A DNA stretch of 64,000 nt from Catajapyx aquilonaris. Taxonomy: Eukaryota. The stretch is taken from assembly GCA_000934665.2 (NCBI GenBank), contig KZ538046.1, positions 1 to 64,000 of the forward strand, written 5' to 3'. The notes under the pieces were generated by a model. That model had not been told where the DNA came from, did no database searches, and saw nothing but the letters and a program-made list of their open reading frames with translations. Shown here piece by piece: positions 12,301 to 24,213 of the stretch (positions within the stretch are counted from its first letter, which is position 1; each line of letters opens with the position of its first letter). The translations under genes and the position numbers were made by a program.

Positions 12301-15300
12301 GATGCTCCCCTTTTGCCTTATACCCTTTTTCCTCCCCTCTTGACGGATGGAGCCATAACGGGACTTAAGGCCGATCCATCCTTATTATAATTTGAGCAGA
12401 GATGGTGTTGGGGAGGGGGGGGGGGAGAGGAGAAATTGGTCAGTATCTCTTCTTCCTGGCGGGCAAATGAAGCACAGACTTGGAAGCCACCAGCAGACGT
12501 GCTGGCCATGACAATGACCAGGCGACACAAAAGACCAAGATGGCGGCCAATTGACGACGTGTACACGTGGAGAACCCTTATTGAGGTGAGGGGGAGAAAG
12601 AGTCTCATTCATTAGTCGAATGGGATGGGAGTAGTGCGTGAAAGATAATGGCACGCACTTTTCCAAACCGCATAATAATTGTCGTCTGTCCGCGCCCGTG
12701 TCGCCATGTCGTGCGTGCTTGCGGCTCTGGGTCATCATGGTACACATGTCATCGACTGTTTTTGTGGTCTTGACTTATCGCATATCTGCACGATTTTGCC
12801 ATGTGTCCATTGGTCAACAAGTGAGTCATTGGTTGAAATTGCGTTCCATTATACGTTACTATTTTTCCATGATAAAAAAACAAATTTCGCTGGAACAGAC
12901 ATGACTTCTTGGCACCATCCTAATTTTTGTATCGGCAGATTCTGTGGACACATGCTAATGAAGCTGTCATATCGCTATGAGAAGTTGAGGCTAATGTCAA
13001 TACACGGTTTCCAGTCAGGCGCAACTTGTGCACCAGTCGCGAAACAAAGACTAATATATGGGGCTACATTAAAGTGACAAGTGCACGTGTTTACGACACT
13101 TATCTTCTTGATGCCTTTGTGCAACATCTTATTGTTGTCTTAAAATGAAAAAAAAACTGGGCTTAAAAAAAAGAAACCTGGAGGGCAGGAAATCAATACC
13201 GGTTGGCAGGTCTTTTGCTAGCTCAAACAAGACGATAAAACTTTGCGTTTGGCTGGAAGCCCCCAACGTGTCATTTACATTGAACTCGTGTTGACAGAGC
13301 TGGCTTTTTATCTAAGAAGAAGACGAGGGGAAAAATTCCTACCCTTTTTCTCCCAATTAGATACATTCCAGACCTTCCCTCCCCTTACAACACCAATATT
13401 CCAATTTCATACATATTCGATATACACATGCGAATCGTGCTGCTATTCCCCAAAAAATGTTCAAAACACCCTGCAATCTGTAGCTATAAAACGTGTTATG
13501 TTAAAAATATATATTGATCGCACCAATTACATGATGTGAATGCTCCGGGTCACTCGCAAACCAATGCACGAGATTGGCCAAAAAAAGAGTATAATTTGAC
13601 TCTTTACCAGAATGACTCGCCCTTGGAGAAAACGCCCAGAGGTTGCAATTAAAGTTTAGGTTATGAAGTAGAAGGGTGGGAGGATAGCTTGATTTGCTAA
13701 TCCCCGAGGGAGAGAAGATTTGAGGTGTAAGTGAAGGGGGTAGGGGGGGGGGGGTGCAGATATTTTTTGCTCGGATTGCATGCTGGGGGGAAACTCGGCG
13801 TCAAAGCCCCGCCGCACCTTGCTCATGCATTTAACTAATAATCGATGGAAGCAATCAGGAAGCTTTTTTCCTCCCCCTCCCCCCCCCCTTTTGCTCCCCT
13901 ATTTCTATCCTCAAAATCCTTCGCACACACAACAGTTACCATCTAACATAAGTGGAGCATTATCGCACAATAAGCGACTGAGTAAACAAATGTACCAGTA
14001 GTGCTTATTTATACGAATTCCAATAGGTTTGTCTCCATATGTATGTTCCCACCTACCTAACCTACTTTCAGACTACTGTGATATATTTCAACCAGTGACA
14101 ATTTCAACTAGCGATACACCTTATTATTTACTATTTGGGAGAGATATGGACATACCATTAGCGGCCAGATACCAATGGCTATACCATTGAAAATGGCTGC
14201 CATCTCATATGTTGGGTGCTAGTTGGCAACATTGTGGATGCTTGGCCGCTATGACGTGGCACTTTTTGGGAGAAGGGGGTTGGAGGGCCCCCAATTTGAT
14301 GGCGTGTGGAATAGAGAAGCAGAAGGGGGTTAGGGAAAGATGGTGAAGAGAAGGGGGGGAGCACAGCTTGCCGAGGCGATTCTTCCATGTCGGCCGCAGA
14401 AAACGGCGCCGAGAATTCAGACTACCACGCATTAGTATGCGGGGATTGCGGTGCCGTTCAAGGGGAGCTAAGTTCCCAAAAAGAAAAAAAAAAGGGGGGG
14501 NAAGGGGTTGAATAATACAGGGTGACTAGGAAGTCCAGAACGATTAGAGTGAGCATTACTTGCATTCTGAGGGAAAAAATGGGCAAATTTGAACGAGTTG
14601 ACCTATTCTTTTTGGCCAGCAGATGCAAGCAGCTTCTGTATTCAAATGTGGCCGCGATTTATGGGGTTCTTATGCAAATCAACCAGTTTTTTTTTGAAGG
14701 GCAGGGCACAAAAAGAGTGGACGCCACGCTCAGGTTTACGCACCTGGGGGCACCCCCTTCGTACGTGCGTATGTGTCATCAGGGCGTCCGATGGACACCC
14801 GGACAGATGGTGACCACGCATACAAAAATCTCTTGGTCCACCCAGCCGGTGATGATATTGATCCCGTCTCATACAAAAAAATGAGAACTTTGTTTCCTAA
14901 TCGTTTGTGATGTGTGGGGGCCAAAATGGAAAATTGGAGTGGGGTCGGGTTGGGCACAAAAAATATTTTGGGGGTGGGGTGCGAATTGGGGATGAGCGTG
15001 GGAAACACAGAGAAAAGTGTCGGTCCAAGTCTGCAAGTCGGGTAAACCGCAACCGCAGCTTGTCCGTCCTTATGTTCCGCAGGATTTAACTCTCAGAAGA
15101 GCGATAAAAAAATTCGGAATGTGCAATCTGTACGAAATTTAGACATTACAAAATTTGTTTGCGTGGTTTTTCCACTTGAAATAGCACCTGTACTGTTGAG
15201 AAAAATATTTTCTCCCAACAGACGCAATCTATAGCCTACAAGCAGACTGATTTGAGCAAAATATTCAAATCGACGTTTTCGAAACATCTGTTAAAAATGT

Positions 15301-16983
15301 AACTAATAACCAAAATTGGTCAATATTTTATCCACATAATGTGTGAAATAACTGAAAATAATTTGTAGGCACTTATAATTGCTGGCAACCACGTATGAAA
15401 TTTTTTTGCGGTCAGGGCGTATATAACTTACTTGTAAGATGGGATAGGGTTATTTATTAGGGGTTGAACAGGGTGGGGTTGAGGGTTAGCCCCGGGCAAA
15501 GGTGTGGCCCAATCAATTAGTTGGGGGTTTAAAATCGATGGATCCTCAACACCCCCCTCTCCTAAAACTGCGTAGCCCTGCAAGAAAAGTTCCCCTTGGC
15601 TCTAAAAAATTTCTATCCACCATGCCACGCCCCATTTTTTCTCCTATAGAGATCAGAGATTTTCAATAACTTTTTGGGTATCCCACTTCCTCCCCCCTCT
15701 CGTCATCTTTTTTGGCACATCCCCCCTTGCACCATCCAGGCCTTATTCAATGGGCCCCCCGGATTCAATTCCAGGCCGCCAAAATCATTCAAGGCGAAAG
15801 TGACAGCCAGAGGAAAATTAAAACAATTAAATCTGTGAAAAAGATAAGCAAAGCCTTCCGAAATGACAGGGAAAGCGGGCAAGTCGGCACTTTTGATAGC
15901 ACGAGGTAATTCACGATTAAAATCTTGAATTTCAATTAAAGTCAAGGTGGATGGAGAAAAATCGACGGGGATTCACACATTAATTCGGGGGAGCGAGGAA
16001 GAGATTTTCTTGGGAGACGAAAGCCTCCAGAGCGCTATCGTATATAGTAGTCTCAGCTACTAAAGTTTCAATTTTCTAGGAAATAGCCTCAAAATTCCGA
16101 TCATGGTTGCAAAAAAAATATCATAGCACCTGAGGGTCAATTGGGCAGGTCAGATCTGAAAAAAACAGGTTTTGCTGCTCACCGCCTTTTACGTTACATC
16201 CCATGCAGAGTGCATCGCCATATCATTTGCATTCCAGCCCAACGTGAAATTCACCACCGCCCCCCTACCATCATTACATCCCTACATAACATTAGTTTGC
16301 ACTCAAAGTGCCAACAAGCGCATTAATACGTGCCTAATAATTTGCGTTTGTAATTAATATTTTATGGGGAAAAACTGCTGCGTGATAGATATATGGCGGT
16401 GGATGTAGTTGACATGTTTGGACTAGAGTTACCAGGGGTGTGTCATTATATAATAATTATGCTACGTTGCAATTTAGCTGCCTGATTGCGATATTACGAG
16501 TCAGCAGAAAAACAACCTGCACCCATGAATATATTTAATATTATAAAAACAGCTGACAGCACTAATTACAATTAAACTAAAATAGATATATGCTGATTTT
16601 TTTAAACCATACTCATCCCGGGGGTTTCAACCTCTGTATTTTTTTTTCATAGTATCCATCCTAGCCCTCCTGCCACTCCGCCCCATAACCCCTTCCCGAA
16701 AAAATGCCTGTTATTCGCCAGCCCAATCAAAAGGGCCTTTCTCCGATTCGGTCATCAATCACGAAGCGACAGCCGGTGTCACAGAGTGATTTATGGGGGT
16801 CTCCGTCAGAAAAGACGCTTAATTGCAACACGGGTTAGGAGCTTGCTTTCACAGCCTCTTTGCCTGGGAGAGGTCGCTTTACTTCCCCCCCACCCACCCA
16901 CTCTTCCAAATATTTTTTATTGACCCACCAAGGGCATCAAAAATTATGGATTGACCCCCAGGGCATCAACTGTCCATGTAAAA

Positions 16984-17026
<43 letters not shown>

Positions 17027-20000
17027 AATGTTGTGAAAAATAACAAATAATTTTTTGGGCAGTTCCACCTCTAAATGCAAATTGCAGAGGAAGCAATAAA
17101 ACCAGCAAGGGCTGCCAGGTAGATTGAACCGTTTCCAAAGCGGCATCCTGTTTGGCCATTGTTTATTCCCTTCGTGACATTGCGGATTCACCGCCGCGTC
17201 ACAATCTTTGCCCTGCATGAAGGCCTTTTCCTTTTTTTTCCAACTGAAAACGCTCAAAAATTATTGTCAAAAATGGATAGGTACACGCTTATTTGGGTGT
17301 CTCAGAAAAAGTATGCAAAATTTTCAGTGTGACAAAATGTCTGGAAAATTCAACCCTCCAGATGACAAAATATATGGAACGTTTCCTTGCAAACTGGGGG
17401 GTTCTCGGGTGACATCAATCAGAGCTTTTTATATACAAGAAAAATATCGGTGTAAAAGAGGCCCGACCCCCCTTCATGAGAGTCGATATTCGCAGACATA
17501 GGCAAAAAAGTGGGGTATGGAGGGGAAGGAGGGAGAAGGAAAAAAAAGGCCCTCCCTTGGCTTGCAAATAATGTGATGTAATTTTTCACGTCCGAAAAAG
17601 AGAGGGCACTCGCGTACAATTTTCTTCGGCTAATGCGTTTCAGTATTCGCACATTATGTTAGAGAGAGAAAAAAAATTGCATATTAAGAGCAGACAAGCT
17701 GACAATAATTAAAAAAACGAAATGGTTTTGAAAGGAATGTCGTTTAGAGTGATGTATACGGGCATTAAAATGCGGGGAAACTAGTGCGGAATCGATTGGA
17801 GTAAGGGAAGAAAAGGGGAGATTATTCACTTAAAAAAGTATAGTTTATGAGCTAAAAATTGCTTTTCTAAAATGGTCCCAACGGCCTTATATTTTGCCGT
17901 AAATTAATTTAAAATTTTTCCAAGCACCATGCACATTGCACATGACACTTTTTGCAGCCATTTTCTTTGTGCAGTTGCGCTTCTGTGCACAATTCCTGCA
18001 TTAACCTTGAAAGTTTCCTCTCAAGTGGTCAATTCTCATCCCGCACCGGACGTTTACCTTCAACCTAATGATTAATTTCGTCTCACTACATATTTATTTG
18101 CAACTTCAAGTCACTCCCAGCAGCGATAAAAAAAAGTGCAACGCAATTCTTTTTCGCACATGCAGTAGCATACTAACCCGATTACATGCACCTGACTTAG
18201 TCGCGATAAAAACCTAAGTACACTCCAGATAAGTACAGATTACCTGCTGTTTTTCGCGCTGCATCTGCACAAACCAGGTCATCATATCTGGCTCTAAATA
18301 GCAGCCCATAGATAAATGTTGAAAATCAGAAAATCCTGGTGCAAACACTCTTATTTTTTTTCCTTGCAAGAAACGTCGTTTTAATTAATTTCCACCCAGA
18401 TCTTATCATTTCAGTTCATCAGACGGTCCCCGCTCTATTTATCTCGAGCCGATGCCATCCCAGATTCAATCTTCTTGTCACCAGGGACGGATCCTTATAA
18501 GAAGTACCAATATGCGACCATCTTTTATTTCTTCCCCTCCTAAATTTTTTTTCCGCTTACGTGTTCCAGCCAATATTGCACAAGTGAAGTCCGACTTTTT
18601 AAATATTGCAGGGTTCATTGGTTCGCACTAAGATTCCCCCAGAGTTGTCAGATTTTCTGCCACAGTAAACTGAGAATGCTTTCCCTATATTTCATAGTAA
18701 CCCAGCCCACCCCTCCGTCCCTGGCGAGCCGTCCTTAATGAATCATGAAAATCAGTAAAATTCCAGAGAGCGAGGAGGAAATCCTGCAAAAGGGGTGGTA
18801 GGGGGGTTTAATCAGTGACCTGGCTGAGTAGGAAGGACGAGAAAAACACACTGCATAATTTCATGCAGGATAATGAGCCGGTGGTTGGAAGGTCGTAAGG
18901 CCCATTATAGCCGGTCTATGATCCGATTAATGAAAGAAGCCGAATTTCGCTTCAATTCTTTCCAATTGGATTTGGGCAGAATAACATCCTCCCTAAGGTA
19001 TTTCTTGACAACTTGATCTGCAGTGCGTATATGACGCAACCAGCACGTGCCGATGATAAAAAAAGTATGTGTGAATAAACCATGCAGGGTTCTTATCTTG
19101 GTGGGGTCAACTGATTGCAAGAGGTGGAGTTGCAGAAAATTACCTGGGCAATTAGAGTAATGAACACTGAGCAATGCCCTTAGGTTAGGGGGGATCACCC
19201 TCGCCCCCCCCAAAATCTCAATAAACATGGCCTGTCCGGCATAAAATGGGCGTAAACGGGGGCCATTTATTTATTTTTCCTTCTGAGTCAGTAATGCTTT
19301 TTGCGTGCAGCACACTTGTGTTAGTTTTCCTATCACCTGCGCCGTAAATGAAAATGAATGATCCAGTTCTCTTTTTTACTATTCTCAGCTTTCAATTTAC
19401 TATTTGGCAGCATATGTTCGGGTACAAAAAAAATTTGCGAATAGAATATACATCAGCCGTCCTGCAATTTGTCAGTGTTCAATCGACATCAAAATTTCTA
19501 AAACGTGTTATCTGCGCACTTTGCCTGGTTGCATGTGTAGTGGCAGTATAATATTTGCAAGCAACCCTTTTATCTGGCCCAAAAACCGTCGTTTTTATAT
19601 CTTTGGAAAAAGTCACGTACAAAGGACGCCATGCATTATGATCAGTACCGCAATGCTTTTCACGACGTCCAGATAAGAATGCACGAATTATGTAACAGCA
19701 CCAACACCATTGCAACACCGTGACACGAATCTTTGAAGTAAACACTCTTTACGCCGGACGTAATCAATTTATACATATTTTATTTTCTTAAAACCGCCCA
19801 CGTTTTGATAGCGGTTGTGACAGCCCTTCACGTTTTGGTTTTTTTTTCGAAAAATATTTTTTTGGGGGGTGGGCCTTGCGACCCGTTGGTTGGAGATGGA
19901 GCGCGACTCTTATCGTTCCCTATTTCTCCCCTCCCCCCTTGGAATTTTTTTGGGAGACTTTTGGGTGGGTTTTCTTATCTGCTTCCCCCTTTGCTCTGCC

Positions 20001-23000
20001 GCGTGCTGTCTTTCTCCACTCATATTTCAGCCAATCTCGACAAGGAAAAGGACATTAAGGCGCCCGGACTCTCGGGAGGAGTTGGATGGAAATATCGGGG
20101 AGCCGCTTCAGGCCATGAGTTCCCCTATCCAACTCCCCAAATTTTTACAAAAAAAAGTGCTTCTGATAATATGCAACTCTTTTTCCATCCCCTCCCCCAC
20201 CCTTGTAGACATGTATCTCAACTAGAAGTCAGAAGACCCTCCCAACTCTGACCAAAATCGGATTTCTGTTAACGATTGTTTTATGATGCCTCTGATGAGA
20301 GCTTCCCCTAGCATTTAGAACCCCCTTTTTTTACTGTCTTTTAAAACTCCTTTTTTACTGTCCATCGTACCCTTGCAAACATACATTATGCTCATTACAA
20401 ATACCATTTCGTTCGCAACGTCGACTTTGCTAATCATAGGGATGGATTCATAGTGAATTTTCCACATTATATACACCCTGGATGAGGCTGGAAAATCCGA
20501 GAATATGGTATTTTTATGCCTTAAATTATTCGGATCCGTATATACCATCTAGGGGAAAAAAGTACCCCCCATTCTCCCCATATACCCTTCACCTAAAGTA
20601 TATAGCCCTCTATTGGAAGCATCCGGGAGAATAGTCGCGGGCTCCCTCTTAATTGTGATTTAATGCTAATGGCGAGCCCAAGTTCGGGGAATTGTAATTG
20701 GGTTGTAAGCCGTGCCAATCAAGAGGAGCGGGGGCAATTGGGCCTAGGGACTTTTCCACCGGAATTACCTGGGGCCTAAGAACTGCTCTTTTCTGAAACC
20801 TGACTCCGCAGCATCCATCAGCACCAGCAGGACTTGCTCGGACGTTTTCCACCACCTTTTTCCCCTCCCCTCTCCATTCATTTCAACGCCTGCCATTATT
20901 CACCTGAGCTATAACTCGTTTGGGAATGGAACTTGCTTGCTTCCTTGCTTGCTACGATCGAGAGAACTTCGATCTGTTGAAAGCTAGTGGAGATTGGCGC
21001 TCAAGTAGCGGCAGGGGTGTGTGAATGGCTGCCATTTGCCAGCAGCACTCAGCCCGGAGACAGAGAATAAGCGGAAAAAGAAGAAGGGGGGGGGGGGTGG
21101 AAGTAGGGAGAGAAAAGAGGCCTACAACTAAGCCTAAAGGCAGGGGAGTGACGCAGGTGATGCTGCTCCCAAGACCTCCTCACCCACCACCCTTCCTTCT
21201 CCTCCTCTCTTCTTTATCTTCAAAAACAAAAGGGGCCAAGTTCCACAACCTTCGAGGGTAATTGTATTAACCGGGCGCAGTTTGCTTCCCTGAATGGCTA
21301 ATTACTACGATTGTAAACAATGACAAACGACGCCCATTTGTTAGCCCTTTTGTATAGCTGGGGGCTGGAGAACCAGAGGAGTCGTCCTCACCGACACCAG
21401 AGATTGCACTCTGGAGGCCTAACCAGCCTCAATTTGGACACGGAGGACCTACCCCACGAAACATGCATGACAACGCAACATGAGAACCTCGACAACAAAA
21501 AGCAATATCTTGAGCTTTTCTGGAAGCGAAAAAGGAGAGGGGGGGGGGGGGNGCGGGGGGGGGGGGCTATGATGAAGCATTTTTCTTCCTTATTAAATTA
21601 TTGATATGAATACCTCGAGAGATTGCATTCACCCTCGCCGTGCTCAGGTACTTCCAAATCAATCTTGTTAATAATCCTCAGGTGATGGATATTGAGCCCG
21701 GCATTAATTTCCCTCCCTCTTGCCGGGGCTCCCAGTCTCCTGGTGATGAATGCTCCTCCTGTCCACCCAAGATAACCCTCCCCGCCGAGAAAAGCCCGGC
21801 GCATAATGGGACGCCATGATTGATGCCGCTGGCGAAGGCCGAAGCTTCCTTCTACCCGGCACCAAGGATTTATAAATAATGGCAGCCTCCTCCCCCGCCA
21901 GCCAGGCCCAACCCTGCTCTTTTTCTAGACCCTCGAAGACTGTCTCCTCACCATCTTTCCGACGGATGGACACCATTTTGCAAGAAAGTCTCCACGACCA
22001 AACCGTCCTCAACATTTTAACTCATCATTACTTTTTTATAATGAATGAAAATATAGAAAGAACAACCCTACACCTTGTATGATCTGAATCATCACCTTGT
22101 ACGGGGTCCTATTATAATCATGGTGAATTCCAAACGGTCTCGGAGCAGAAAGGGGTTCACCGTAGATGAGACGTGACTTGCAACATTTGAGAGTTCCCAC
22201 TGCTTCTTAGAGGAACCCCCCCTCAATTTTTTTGTGGTCCTATCCCAGTTACCGCGACCTACAGGATTGAGAACGGGCCTCTTTCCTGCTGGGCCGGATC
22301 AGCATGTCTGAGGTGACCACAAGAATGGTCACTGCGACAGCAGGCCGTATAATATAGGCCAGCATGCAGGACTAATCAGAGAAAAACTGTGATAGTTGCA
22401 AAAAGAGATCGTGTGCAATGGCACTCGTGTTACGCTTTAGCAATGCACACAAAACCCCCGTAATGCAAATATTTGTCAATATTATTTTGTCAACAGTTTG
22501 ATCAATACCGTGTCCATAATTAATAGCTGAAAACTATTTGACAAGTAAAATGTTATAACCAAGAGGTATGTGTTCGCTAATGTGCCTACCAGGGGCGTCC
22601 AAAAGTTGCACTTATACGGATATTTCATTTTGTTACCGGTATACTGTGACAATAACGCGGAGGAACTGCATGTAGTATATATAGATGTAGCATGTAAAAT
22701 AAGTAAGCTTACTACAGATATGTACAAATATAAAATGCTGCAGGGATTACATACTGACTCTCTGAGGGAACAGTAGACCTATGCTGAGTCAGATGACATG
22801 CAATACTTTTGAGTGGAAATGAACAATAAATTTTATTATGAAAATCTCTCGAAGTTGGCTTCTCCTGGCATAAGCTATATGAGTATATGTATAGACACGA
22901 TGAAGTAAAAAAATAATTCTGTCATATATGGGCATGGAAAATTCTTCCGGTGATTTGTATTACGAGTCATTAAATGCGTATAGCTTATAGGCCTACGAAT

Positions 23001-23990
23001 AATGCCAAGTTGCTGGTGATAGTACACAAACACCCAGTAATTACTGCAAAATACGACAATTCTACAGTCACAATATTTTTCAGGCCACAGAAGCAATGAG
23101 AGCAGGAAGACAATTCTGACATCAAATGCTACAATATCGCCGCCAGAAGTTATATTTGTACATGGGTCTGAATCTGAACCATATACGCGTAAAAGGTTCA
23201 CCACAAGCAAAGCAGAGAGATTTATAGTAGGCAATATTGCGACGGTTTTTCCCTTCTCATTTCCCTTTCTTTCTTTCGCACAGTATGCCATGCAATACTA
23301 AGATTGTGAATGTGTGCAGCACAAAACTATAAAGTTGTTTAAGAACCCACCTCCCCCTGTCACCTCGCATATAGAGTGGTCAGAACGAAAGCGCCGCAGG
23401 CGACAGCTGTTTGCACACCTCCACGATAAGAAATTCCTCCAGTGACAGTTACCAGTGTTCTCCCGCGTCCTACACATGTCGCCCAGACGCCCACTACATG
23501 CCAAAATCGAAAAGGCAGGGGTCTGTCAGCAATATCCCGGCAAGCAAGAAGCAATCATCCTTTTCACCTGCATAATTAGCGGCAACGGCAAAGGAAGTGT
23601 TCTCATTACTGCAGCTGTAAGTGCGAGCCTTTTAAAAAAATCCGAACCTTTATATATATATAGGCCTCATGTACTCTCCTTTCCTCCCGCGTTTTTTACA
23701 GTGTCCCACCCCTCCCTCGTCAGATTCTTTGCTTTGAATAAGCAGCTCAAAAGATCGCATCTCCCGCCTTCTCCTCCCAGAAGCTTAATTAGCTGGCTCG
23801 ACTGGCAGGGAGGCTAGGCTTTGTTCTGGCGGATGCAAAGAATCTTGAGAGGTGTGCAACAAGTCCAGGTGTACGATGAGTCAGGATTCTAAGCCTATCA
23901 TCTAGGCCTGGCAATGTGGCCAAAATGGCGGACCAGCTAGGCCTAGCAGCATGGGCTGAGCTAGGCCTAGCGAGGTGGCCAAGGCTTTAC
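6387..23990 (-). other. 17,604-bp phase-1 intron splitting the HTG|ERPY finger linker
   Basis: GT at 23990-23989 and AG at 6388-6387. Joining the exons restores the canonical TGERPY linker in frame. Confidence 0.9.
16981..17024. repeat. (AAAT)11 microsatellite
   Basis: Perfect tandem repeat read directly. Confidence 0.97.
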
Positions 23991-24213
23991 CTGTGTGAAG
24001 GCGCGTGTGCTGCTGCACGTGGCTGAGCTGCTTGAAGCGTCGGTCGCAATAGGAGCACTTGTAGGGCTTTTCGCCGGTGTGCACGCGGATGTGCTGTACC
24101 AGCTGGTGGTTGGAAGAGAAGGACTTCAAGCACTGCTGGCACTGGTGCGGCTTCACCTCGTTGCGGTGCACCTCCCTTGCGTGCATCTGCATCGCCGACT
24201 TGTGCATGAAGAT
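23991..24213 (-). CDS. dati: Internal coding exon: C-terminal half of one C2H2 finger plus two complete fingers (IFMHKSAMQMHAREVHRNEVKPHQCQQCLKSFSSNHQLVQHIRVHTGEKPYKCSYCDRRFKQLSHVQQHTRLHT-G)
   Basis: Acceptor tctctctaatgtttcag|ATC (phase 0) and donor ACAG|GTAAAG (phase 1). 223 nt = 74 codons + 1 nt. Canonical C-x2-C-x3-F-x5-L/V-x2-H-x3-H fingers with a TGEKPY linker and GC-rich third positions. Confidence 0.95.
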
